A stretch of 23,389 nt of DNA from a virus. Location of the stretch: IMG/VR virus record IMGVR_UViG_3300037307_000339, one strand, 5' to 3'. The first letter of the stretch is position 1; every line of letters starts with the position of its first letter. Below, piece after piece: positions 14,603 to 21,979 of this stretch. The notes beneath the pieces were generated by a model that was not told the origin of the DNA, ran no database searches, and saw nothing but the letters and a program-made list of their open reading frames with translations. A program made the position numbers and the translations under genes.

Positions 14603-15297
14603 AACATCGTGTACTCCATTAGGTTGATTTCTTTCGCTTCTGTGACCAAGAACGATGTGTCACAACACAAGCATCTACCGATGAGTTTGGAGTTGTTACC
14701 CGTCCAACCACAATCCATGCAACGCTGCAATCCCGCAGAGACATCGTAGTCTACGTTGATGATTAGACCATCCTTATGACACTTACCGCAAGCGATAGAG
14801 CCTTGCTGACGGTTAATCGTAAATGTCTCTAACAAATCAACGTTCCCGCAAGCATAGTGGTGAACCAACTGGTCAGGACGAGTCGCATGAGATCCGCAGG
14901 ATGGACAGCCTGGGCGAATGGTAAAAGCTATGCTCTCACATTCTGGGCAGACCATTATCTTATCGACCACTTTAGATGTTGCAGCGCCATATTTTACAAA
15001 TAGGTCCAGTGTCTGCTTGTGAATACGGTATTGGTATTCATTACATTCTATGAAGGCATTGTAAACCTGTCCTACTTGATCAGATAAACGATGACATTGG
15101 ACACTTGTCACACCATCTTTGAACTTAGACGTTTTCTGTCTAACAGGAACAGGCACGGTTGAATTACTAGGAAGTAGAACGCCATAACTGAATGAGATTG
15201 GAGACGTTGTCTCCATCGTCATAAAGATTGCATCTTCCCTGACTTCACACTCCCCAATCCACTCACCTCTTAAGGTGGCTAGTCTAGCCGTAATCAT
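14599..15297 (-). CDS. Cytoplasmic multi-zinc-ribbon protein, 232 aa
   Basis: RBS GAGGTCATT precedes the ATG at 15297, 7 nt after the HlyD stop. The C-terminal half carries CPEC-x11-CPSC, CGKC and CMDC-x14-CLCC cysteine pairs. It has no TM segment and no signal peptide. Confidence 0.8.
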   Translation of the reverse strand: MITARLATLRGEWIGECEVREDAIFMTMETTSPISFSYGVLLPSNSTVPVPVRQKTSKFKDGVTSVQCHRLSDQVGQVYNAFIECNEYQYRIHKQTLDLFVKYGAATSKVVDKIMVCPECESIAFTIRPGCPSCGSHATRPDQLVHHYACGNVDLLETFTINRQQGSIACGKCHKDGLIINVDYDVSAGLQRCMDCGWTGNNSKLIGRCLCCDTSFLVTEAKEINLMEYTML

Positions 15298-15304
15298 AAT
15301 GACC

Positions 15305-16555
15305 TCACTTTGTCTCACTGGCGTTTGCAGTCTCACCCGTAAAAAAGCTTACAATCTGCGAAACGCCCGTGAGTGTCTCAATCACATTTGGACGCTTAAT
15401 GGTACTTCCCACGATAAACAAGTTGATGTCAGCGTCCTTAGGTTGCAGGTACACCCTAATTAGCTTGTCATCGGCTGAATAGTTTCTTTTGATCTGGTCC
15501 GGAGGAGATATTGTATCACGAGATAGAGCCGTGACAGTAGTCTTAACCGTCCTATTGAGCGACGGACTCCACACATCCACCTCTTCACCAACCTGTGGGA
15601 CTCGTGCAGCGGGGTTATAGTATAGCACCAGTTTCATAGAGTCATTCTCGACGATGTTAAAAATCTCATCTCCAGCGACTCTCTCGCCAGCGTGATGGGT
15701 AATGGATGAAACGATACCCGACACAGGGCTAGTGATTTCCCCTTCAGTAATCTTTTCTTCAAGACGCTTCTTCTCGTTTTTGAGAAACTCAAGCTTCTTA
15801 GTCAATGGGATAATCTGGGATGAGCCATCGTCATCTACGGTGGAACGAGACCTTTCGAGACGAGACTGCATCGCCGTAATGGTGTTCGTCTTTCCTGTGA
15901 TTAATGCTTGCGATTGTGCGACATCGGCCTCTGCTTTATCCAAGTCAAGTTGGCTTACGGCACCCTGACCTCTGAGTAGTTTAATACGAGTCAGATGGCT
16001 CTTCTGAAGCATTAGTTTCGCTTTGATCTCTGCCAGTTGTCCTTCTTCCGACATAAGCTGACTAGTCGCCTCATAAAACGTGTCATTGTTACGACCACGA
16101 TTCCAACGATTCTCGCTTTCTTTAGCAGTTATCTCCGATTGGGTAACTTGAATTTCGTCTTCCAGTTTGAACAGATCTCGATAGTCATTAGAGTTAATGA
16201 TTTTGGCAACAAAACGACCAGAAGCAATAGGCATCCCTTCAGTTACTTCCAGCCTTTGCACTTTGCCCTCAATGGGTGAGTAAACACCCACCACATTGGC
16301 AGAGACTACACCATAGGACTCATAGCGGAAGTAGATGTTCCACACGTTGTATGACCCAACACTCAACGCTGCAAGGACAGCAGCGATTACCAACTTCTTT
16401 CCTTTCCTAGGCGGAATTTGACCTGGTGCAGTGTAGTTCATTGCGGATTGTGGTACAAGCTCTGGGATTGCAAGCTCCGTTCCTGCTTGCTCTTGTAGGT
16501 AAGATGAAGTCTTCAATGCATAGTCATTCTTGGGAAACCTTTTAAGGTTGCTCAC
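15305..16555 (-). CDS. HlyD-family membrane-fusion (periplasmic adaptor) protein, 416 aa
   Basis: A GTG start at 16555 follows RBS GGAGACATCT. One N-terminal TM segment is present (LVIAAVLAALSVGSYNVW). Barrel-sandwich hairpin halves (SPIEGKVQRLEVTEG ... ITSPVSGIVSS) flank a long coiled coil. A beta-rich C-terminus follows. Confidence 0.9.
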   Translation of the reverse strand: MSNLKRFPKNDYALKTSSYLQEQAGTELAIPELVPQSAMNYTAPGQIPPRKGKKLVIAAVLAALSVGSYNVWNIYFRYESYGVVSANVVGVYSPIEGKVQRLEVTEGMPIASGRFVAKIINSNDYRDLFKLEDEIQVTQSEITAKESENRWNRGRNNDTFYEATSQLMSEEGQLAEIKAKLMLQKSHLTRIKLLRGQGAVSQLDLDKAEADVAQSQALITGKTNTITAMQSRLERSRSTVDDDGSSQIIPLTKKLEFLKNEKKRLEEKITEGEITSPVSGIVSSITHHAGERVAGDEIFNIVENDSMKLVLYYNPAARVPQVGEEVDVWSPSLNRTVKTTVTALSRDTISPPDQIKRNYSADDKLIRVYLQPKDADINLFIVGSTIKRPNVIETLTGVSQIVSFFTGETANASETK

Positions 16556-16565
16556 AGATGTCTCC

Positions 16566-17036
16566 TTATCGAGTTAGGATGATTGAGAATACCGATTGGG
16601 TTGTAATGGCTTTTGGAATCTCACGACTGCCTGTTGCAACGGGAGTCTCGAGAGTTTTAGGAACGAGATTGATCGACACTTGGGTGGCTTCTCCAGGATT
16701 GCCGTCGCCAGTGATGATTTCAAATTTAAATGCACCCGTTTGATCAAACAAAGTATCAGGTGCTGAGTACCAAGGTTTAGTATACCATGCGTCAGTGTAT
16801 GACAGAACTACAACCTTGTAGCAGCAAGGATGCGCATTTACAACAACTCCTTCCCAAGGCTTTAATGAGCCCTTTTCTGGAATCGTTGTGAGAACGATAT
16901 GCGGTCCAGCCTTAACGTCTGCCGTATAATGGGCGTCAAGACTCTGGGCTGGCAACCTAAATGTCCACGACGGGTCCGCTTGTGCGCTTGCAAGTACTAC
17001 ACAAAATGGGATACTGATGAGTGTTTTGAATTTCAT
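16566..17036 (-). CDS. Secreted or periplasmic protein, 156 aa, function unknown
   Basis: RBS AAGGAGATTATT precedes the ATG at 17036. The signal peptide is MKFKTLISIPFCVVLASAQA/DP. The mature part is beta-strand-rich. Confidence 0.8.
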   Translation of the reverse strand: MKFKTLISIPFCVVLASAQADPSWTFRLPAQSLDAHYTADVKAGPHIVLTTIPEKGSLKPWEGVVVNAHPCCYKVVVLSYTDAWYTKPWYSAPDTLFDQTGAFKFEIITGDGNPGEATQVSINLVPKTLETPVATGSREIPKAITTQSVFSIILTR

Positions 17037-17074
17037 AATAATCTCCTTATGTTACCAACAACAATAAGTCTATG

Positions 17075-17653
17075 TTACCTACTCCCCAATGTCAAGTGTT
17101 TAGCATAAAAATCTACGCCGGTTGGATTTTTAATACTCACCAGATCAACCTCTCCAACCGATTCAATTCTAGGCGATGCTGGCATAAAAGTGGTTTTCAA
17201 TTCTCGATAAATGATTCGCCACAACTCGTTATGATGATGTCTCATTTTGGACTTTTTAGGTACTCTATCATAATACTGCAATATCTTCGTTGGAAACCAC
17301 GATTCTTGAAGTGAGATAGATTCAAAGATGTGCGCCAGTTCGTGACAGATGAGTGCGATAAGAAGTTCGAGACCGCTACCTGTGAATGTTCCGATGATTG
17401 GATCATCCTTTACTCTTTTGAAGCTTTCGTAAAAGGTTCCACCCGTATCCCAGGTAACGAGTGTATCATAAAGAGAAAAAAAGGCATTGTATTTAAGTTG
17501 GCTACCGCTTACGCTACTAGTAGAATACCTGCTAGAGAATGACCATCTCGTATTGACGATAAGGATGGGGATATCATATACAACGCATCCCCATCTTATG
17601 ATGTCTTCCATCTTCTCAGTAAGACATCGAACTATGGCGTTGGGTCTATCCAT
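17075..17653 (-). CDS. HExxH zinc metallohydrolase (SprT / DUF45-YgjP-like), 192 aa
   Basis: It carries the motif LICHELAHIFES. An upstream RWSFSSRYS...GSQLKYN segment resembles the rWGSC...g.I.lN segment of DUF45/SprT-type proteins. It overlaps the upstream ORF by 22 nt. Confidence 0.75.
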   Translation of the reverse strand: MDRPNAIVRCLTEKMEDIIRWGCVVYDIPILIVNTRWSFSSRYSTSSVSGSQLKYNAFFSLYDTLVTWDTGGTFYESFKRVKDDPIIGTFTGSGLELLIALICHELAHIFESISLQESWFPTKILQYYDRVPKKSKMRHHHNELWRIIYRELKTTFMPASPRIESVGEVDLVSIKNPTGVDFYAKHLTLGSR

Positions 17654-17898
17654 CCTGGTGTTCTTTTCTTTCGGAGTATGAGTGGCTCAACACTTGCCTC
17701 TTTTGCAACTCTTCCACTAGCAACACAGAATTCGCCATCTTGTTCGACCTCCTTCAGCAATTCAAGAACTTCATCTTCTCTTATAGTCTCAAAATCAAAA
17801 TAACCTCGAAGAAGTTGGATGTGACACATGAAGTCTTGAAGAGTGCAGTCATGTTTAACGATAAGAATTTCTTGGATTTGATCAACATCTAATCGCAC
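17632..17898 (-). CDS. Small acidic protein, about 88 aa
   Basis: A GTG at 17898 follows RBS GAGGTGTACC, 9 nt after the radical SAM stop. The track start at 17910 is a TTG. Confidence 0.6.
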   Translation of the reverse strand: MRLDVDQIQEILIVKHDCTLQDFMCHIQLLRGYFDFETIREDEVLELLKEVEQDGEFCVASGRVAKEASVEPLILRKKRTPGWIDPTP

Positions 17899-17906
17899 GG
17901 TACACC

Positions 17907-19316
17907 TCAATACACAGTGAACTTCTGTAGGAATTGACTGAAGTCGTCGTATGGGAAAGGAGCCATCTCATTAGGAGCATACGATGAGGGACCAATCTCT
18001 TGTTTTACTCCATCGATGTAGCAAGAAAACTTACCTTCTTCTGGAGTAAAGAAAATTTCATCAATGCCTTCTTCTCTAAAGGCGTCCTGATACTTCTGTA
18101 CGATAAGCGTGTCTACACCAATGGTAACATAGTCACCATGATGACGAGCCTTCTTGACCATTTCGATCCAGTCAAACTTATAAGGTTGGCGATGATCGGC
18201 GAACTTCTCTCCTCTACCTGTAGGCTTAAAACCGAGGATTGTTAGTGCTAGGTTGTGGTATGCACACTCTTTCAAGATGTGCGGGAAAGACCAATCACTC
18301 ACAACGCCGTCGATGACTTGAACCTGAACTCGGCTTCTGTCGATTCCGTACTTTTCGAGAAGGAAGCCTAATTCGCGAACCTCACGATTGTTATTTACTG
18401 AGAATGCAAATCCGCCTGCATACGACAGGATTTCATTTCGGCGAGTGTCATTCTTTAGCCAGTCTAAGGTCTTAGTTGTGAAGTTGGGAATCACATAGTT
18501 CCATCGACAAGTCCTCAATATCTTTTCAAAATCAGGGTGGGCTGTTGGTTCTCCACCACCGAGAGCCACCTCAAATATCTGATACTTCTTTAGCATATAA
18601 ATGACGTTGTTGATGTAGTTGGTATTGCCATGCTCTCCATTCTTAGTGCTACCCTGATAACAAAACGAGCAACGCTTATCGCAGAAGTCAGTGATCTTGA
18701 GATCTACCAATTCAGGTGCGAAAGCCTTAGTAATCTTGTCTTGCTTGGGGCTTAAGAACAAGCGTATCTTGTTGCCATTGTCTCGATTGAACAGAGTCCA
18801 ATAGCCGTTTAGCGGGTCCTTACGAGCAACGAGATTGACAGTAGAACCGTCATAGAGTAGCGGAAGGACAAATGGCTCATACTTGTGAGCTAGACTATGC
18901 TTTTGGTTGGTGTTGTCATTTCCACCTATGATGACTAAATGCTTTTGCAGCAGAAATTCTTTGTACTCATTGAAGAAGTCAACATCCATGCCAACACCTT
19001 CCCATGTTTTCGGCATTACAGGCATACTCTGGTGATCAATGCCAAGGCATTGATGTAGATCGTTGATATCAATATTCAGCCATGCTTTGATCAAGTCACG
19101 AGTGGCTAATCTGCTGATGATAGGGTCTAGGTGGTGCATTACGATAGAAGCAAGATACTGTCGCTTTGCTTGGTCACTGGCCGCGGTAAAAAAGTCCCAA
19201 CCAAAGCAATCGCTAAGATTGTCCTTGGCTGTACTTTTTTCTTTGGTGATGATGATGGAATGGGTCGATGAACTGTTTGTAGCGAACCCATAACGAACTG
19301 ACTTGACATGACTCAT
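17907..19316 (-). CDS. Radical SAM enzyme with an N-terminal extension of about 215 aa of unknown function, 469 aa
   Basis: RBS GAGGTACTCA precedes the ATG at 19316; the track start at 19328 is a GTG. The CxxxCxxC cluster FCDKRCSFCYQ is followed by the GGGEP SAM-binding motif. No C-terminal Cys-rich SPASM-type extension is visible. Confidence 0.88.
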   Translation of the reverse strand: MSHVKSVRYGFATNSSSTHSIIITKEKSTAKDNLSDCFGWDFFTAASDQAKRQYLASIVMHHLDPIISRLATRDLIKAWLNIDINDLHQCLGIDHQSMPVMPKTWEGVGMDVDFFNEYKEFLLQKHLVIIGGNDNTNQKHSLAHKYEPFVLPLLYDGSTVNLVARKDPLNGYWTLFNRDNGNKIRLFLSPKQDKITKAFAPELVDLKITDFCDKRCSFCYQGSTKNGEHGNTNYINNVIYMLKKYQIFEVALGGGEPTAHPDFEKILRTCRWNYVIPNFTTKTLDWLKNDTRRNEILSYAGGFAFSVNNNREVRELGFLLEKYGIDRSRVQVQVIDGVVSDWSFPHILKECAYHNLALTILGFKPTGRGEKFADHRQPYKFDWIEMVKKARHHGDYVTIGVDTLIVQKYQDAFREEGIDEIFFTPEEGKFSCYIDGVKQEIGPSSYAPNEMAPFPYDDFSQFLQKFTVY

Positions 19317-19352
19317 TGAGTACCTCACATAGTAACCTTACATTATGCGCAT

Positions 19353-19381
19353 AGTATAGCCGTAAACAAGCAAGGTGTCAA
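19353..19381 (-). promoter_or_regulatory. Strong sigma70-type promoter of the eight-gene operon (TTGACA-17-TATACT)
   Basis: Minus strand reads GTCC TTGACA CCTTGCTTGTTTACGGC TATACT ATGCGCATAATG. It lies 37 nt upstream of the radical SAM ATG. Confidence 0.8.
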
Positions 19382-19394
19382 GGACTTTTGACGG

Positions 19395-19468
19395 TGCCGC
19401 GAGATGGATTCGAACCAATCACTGGCGGGACTGGTGCGCCCCTGCCTCTTCCTTTGGGCTATCGCGGT
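19395..19468 (-). pseudogene. Degenerate tRNA-like gene (6-nt anticodon loop, bulged T stem, A1:C72 mismatch)
   Basis: Minus strand reads ACCGCGA TA GCC CAAAGGAAGA GGC A GGGGC GCACCA GTCCC ... GATTGG TTCGAAT CCATC TCGCGGC A CC. The shape is a cloverleaf, but no canonical 7-nt anticodon loop can be drawn. Confidence 0.4.
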
Positions 19469-19546
19469 CTTGACCGATTACGAAATGAACAACACGAGGT
19501 TCAGGTTATCTCCGTTGATTCAATTTTCAGAGCTCATCAGTAGAAT

Positions 19547-19783
19547 TTAGTCTCTGGATAACACATCCCTTTCGCATTTGGTTTTAAGATCGATAGTATA
19601 CGTTTGACTTTGGTGTCCTAACTCGGGATCCTTAACAGTAACCAGGTTGTGCTTAAAGAACATGAAGTTCTCTTTGCCACGAGCAACCTTAGTCACTGCA
19701 TTGTACTCATCGAGTTTGGTCAGTGTCTTTCCTGCGAACTCGAAGTCATCGCTAATGTTCAATCCACCAAATCGCTTTTTCAT
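19547..19783 (-). CDS. Hypothetical protein, 78 aa
   Basis: The ATG at 19783 directly follows the TAA of the upstream ORF. Confidence 0.65.
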   Translation of the reverse strand: MKKRFGGLNISDDFEFAGKTLTKLDEYNAVTKVARGKENFMFFKHNLVTVKDPELGHQSQTYTIDLKTKCERDVLSRD

Positions 19784-20080
19784 TTAAGCCACCAATGGAG
19801 GGAGAGGGTTATTGTTGAAAGGAGGGAAAGAGGGTGGCAATTTCTCCGTGTGGAGAATTACGAACATACCCGGCGGTCTCATGTTCTGAAACCTAAAGCG
19901 CATTCCTTCACGAGTAAACAAGTCTAGGTCTGAAGTTGTTTTTGCAGAAACAGGGGCAGCCTTCCTTGTCTTGTCTGCCATCTCTTCCAATGAGACAACC
20001 CATTCGTCCTTGAGAGCTTGGACTACAACCTCTTGCTTCTTTCTTTTTTGTCTGAATGCGTCTAAGTCAACGACAATCAT
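19784..20080 (-). CDS. Hypothetical protein with Pro-rich C-terminus, 98 aa
   Basis: The ATG at 20080 overlaps the upstream stop (ATGA). Confidence 0.65.
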   Translation of the reverse strand: MIVVDLDAFRQKRKKQEVVVQALKDEWVVSLEEMADKTRKAAPVSAKTTSDLDLFTREGMRFRFQNMRPPGMFVILHTEKLPPSFPPFNNNPLPPLVA

Positions 20081-20376
20081 TTGATCTCAATTCCTCTGAA
20101 ATGAGCGAACAGGACATGGTGGGTTGCTTGAGCCTTTTGGAGTGCAGAGGTCATGGCCATCATTGCTTGTGACAATGAGGTCATCGACTCGACCAGACGG
20201 TTGATTTGTTCTGATTGCTTTTGGAGAGTATCGTGAACAAGTCGGTTGATTCGGTCTTGCTCTTCTTGCTTTGTCACCACTTCATTCAATGCCAAGGCAA
20301 GTACAGCAACGATAGGATCAGTTTTGATCCTCTCAAGCATCTCTTCAAAACGGAATTTGAATGGTAGATTGTCCAT
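20077..20376 (-). CDS. Coiled-coil hypothetical protein, 99 aa
   Basis: RBS GAGGTATACT precedes the ATG at 20376 (MDNLPFKFRF...). The 33 extra codons in the track ORF have no RBS. Confidence 0.6.
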   Translation of the reverse strand: MDNLPFKFRFEEMLERIKTDPIVAVLALALNEVVTKQEEQDRINRLVHDTLQKQSEQINRLVESMTSLSQAMMAMTSALQKAQATHHVLFAHFRGIEIK

Positions 20377-20641
20377 AGTATACCTCACGATAAGAGAAAG
20401 GAAAGATGACAAGATAACTGAGACAAGATCGCCCAAAGCGATATTTATATCAAATAAATGTAGTCCCAGAAGCATTCATCTTTTTCATTACTTAGCGTTT
20501 GTGGGCAGTATGGTAGCGATGGCTTGTGTCGATCAAGCGTTCTCCAGTTTATGAAACTGTTTGAGAAGCCGTCCTCCCCATCGCCATAAGTGAGTCTTTC
20601 CTGTAGGTCTCGATCATCTTTTCTTTGCTCGGTTGTTTCCC

Positions 20642-20992
20642 CTATTCGAGCTCTAAGATCGGTGTTTGCGTGATCTCACTCAAAAACAACGACAAAGTAT
20701 CTTCTCCAATGTAGTAAGATAGATGGGCTCTTGCTCGAATGACGTTCTGTCTAGCGAAAGCTACCGTTGCTTCTTTGATACCTGCTCTAGTAAAATCGTC
20801 AATATCCTTAACGCATGACACTAGGATACGAGCCGTCTGCATGATCTGTCCGAATAAGAGATTAATGTCATCATTTAGGTACTGCTTGAGCGATGGATGC
20901 GATGTCTTGGCATCATTCAAAACATAGTGCAAGCTTTCGATTGGACCAAGTTTCCTTCGTGCATCACGATAGATTTCAATATACGCGGCCAT
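20642..20992 (-). CDS. Hypothetical protein, 116 aa
   Basis: This is a long ORF on the coding strand with ATG at 20992. Its RBS is weak, and it overlaps the upstream small ORF by 76 nt. Confidence 0.6.
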   Translation of the reverse strand: MAAYIEIYRDARRKLGPIESLHYVLNDAKTSHPSLKQYLNDDINLLFGQIMQTARILVSCVKDIDDFTRAGIKEATVAFARQNVIRARAHLSYYIGEDTLSLFLSEITQTPILELE

Positions 20993-21129
20993 TTCAGTAG
21001 CAATCCTATGATGTCAATGATTTGCCCTACCACAATGAGCACACAACCAACCTGTATCCAAAAGGCACTAGTTTTTGATGCTCTCCAACTTTTGGTTAAC
21101 TTCATTTTCAAGAATTTAAATGCACTCAT
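20917..21129 (-). CDS. Possible small membrane protein, 70 aa
   Basis: The ATG at 21129 lies 2-3 nt past the predicted start site of the promoter at 21138..21165, so the mRNA would be nearly leaderless. It contains one hydrophobic helix (FWIQVGCVLIVVGQIIDIIGLLL). The 3' third overlaps 20642..20992. Confidence 0.4.
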   Translation of the reverse strand: MSAFKFLKMKLTKSWRASKTSAFWIQVGCVLIVVGQIIDIIGLLLKWPRILKSIVMHEGNLVQSKACTMF

Positions 21130-21137
21130 CTAAGGGC

Positions 21138-21165
21138 ATTCTACTTATATCCGTGTGGTTGACAA
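21138..21165 (-). promoter_or_regulatory. Sigma70-type promoter (TTGTCA-16-TAGAAT)
   Basis: Minus strand reads AAC TTGTCA ACCACACGGATATAAG TAGAAT GCCCTTAG ATG. Confidence 0.55.
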
Positions 21166-21184
21166 GTTGTTTATAAAACATTCT

Positions 21185-21259
21185 TCTTTCGCTCTACCTC
21201 TAAGCTACCTCGGCATTGAAGTAGAGCCGAGGACGGGATTTAAACCCATAACTAAAAGT
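21185..21259 (-). other. Split, circularly permuted tRNA-like element (3' half upstream of 5' half)
   Basis: In minus-strand 5'->3' order, 21259..21225 reads ACTTT TAGTT ATGGG TTTAAAT CCCGT CCTCGGC T (anticodon-stem 3' strand, variable loop, T arm, acceptor 3' strand). The linker CTACTTCAAT follows. Then 21214..21185 reads GCCGAGG TA GCTT AGAGGTA GAGC G AAAGA (acceptor 5' strand, D arm, anticodon-stem 5' strand). The two acceptor strands pair 7 of 7. Confidence 0.5.
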
Positions 21260-21301
21260 TTGAATACGAATGTAGTTTTATACAGCATTCAACCCTATTG
21301 A

Positions 21302-21380
21302 TGGATACCCCTGTAGGTTTTGAACTTGCGACCTTTCGGTTCGTAGCCGAATACTCTAAGTCCACTGAGCTAAGAGGGTA
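21302..21380 (-). tRNA. tRNA-Arg(ACG), CCA encoded
   Basis: The anticodon arm TTCGG CTACGAA CCGAA is perfect. The D arm is GCTC AGTGGACTTA GAGT. The acceptor is TACCCTC/AGGGGTA. The T stem is weak (GCAAG TTCAAAA CCTAC). Confidence 0.75.
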
Positions 21381-21384
21381 AAAT

Positions 21385-21456
21385 TGGTGGAGGATCCGGG
21401 TGTTGATCCCGGCAAGGAAGGATTGCAAATCGTTCCTGAGCCCCGACTCATCCCCC
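21385..21456 (-). tRNA. tRNA-Ala(UGC) with G3:U70, short D arm; CCA encoded
   Basis: Minus strand reads GGGGGAT GAG TCGGGG CTC AGG AACGA TTTGCAA TCCTT CCTTG CCGGG ATCAACA CCCGG ATCCTCC A CCA. The G3:U70 wobble is the classical Ala identity element. Confidence 0.75.
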
Positions 21457-21588
21457 ATTCGTTTAAATTACTCGACCCTTTCTCCATCCTTCTAGAATGG
21501 GGCTTTCAATTTGCACGTTCATCCGTGATCCCTATCGTTCCGAACAATGCAGATGTAGTCCTACAAAGCATTCGATTTGGTTATTTAG

Positions 21589-21664
21589 TGGTAGCGAGTA
21601 GAGGAATCGAACCTCTCTAGACAGGATTATGAGACCTGTAAGCTCACCAAAACTTGAACTCGCA
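21589..21664 (-). tRNA. tRNA with CAU anticodon (Met, or Ile2 if lysidinylated); U1:U72 mismatch; CCA encoded
   Basis: Minus strand reads TGCGAGT TC AAGT TTTGGTGA GCTT A CAGGT CTCATAA TCCTG TCTAG AGAGG TTCGATT CCTCT ACTCGCT A CCA. Confidence 0.85.
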
Positions 21665-21670
21665 ATAAAT

Positions 21671-21745
21671 TGGTAGCCAGTGAGTGAATCGAACACTCGA
21701 CAACCTCGGTGTAAACGAGACGCTCTACCTCTGAGCTAACCGGCT
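21671..21745 (-). tRNA. tRNA-Val(UAC), CCA encoded
   Basis: Minus strand reads AGCCGGT TA GCTC AGAGGTA GAGC G TCTCG TTTACAC CGAGG TTGTC GAGTG TTCGATT CACTC ACTGGCT A CCA. Confidence 0.9.
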
Positions 21746-21979
21746 AAAAACGCCGACATAAAATTTCGAGACTTATATCTAGGAAAGGTGATGTAGTCCC
21801 GATGGCATTCGGCATAATCTTACTTATTAATACTCGTCATTCTCGTAGGCATAATACCGATCATTCCAGCGTCAACAGAATAGTCGTTTCCGTCAGAGCG
21901 GACGTAAGTGCTATTACCCTATTGTCAGCCCACACCTGGATAGTCCTAAATCACCTTACGCTGTTTACATTGTTTTCAC

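Noticed and set aside
14599-15336. PilZ (c-di-GMP receptor) domain in the N-terminal half of the Zn-ribbon protein
   Set aside because: I searched the translation for RxxxR followed about 30 residues later by (D/N)xSxxG and found no match. RLATLR has the wrong spacing and no DxSxxG follows. The idea survives only as a functional analogy.
21185-21232. The CCTCGGC / GCCGAGG inverted repeat as a simple intrinsic terminator
   Set aside because: The loop is 11 nt and no U-tract follows. The arms are embedded in canonical T-arm and D-arm sequences, so a tRNA-derived origin explains it better.
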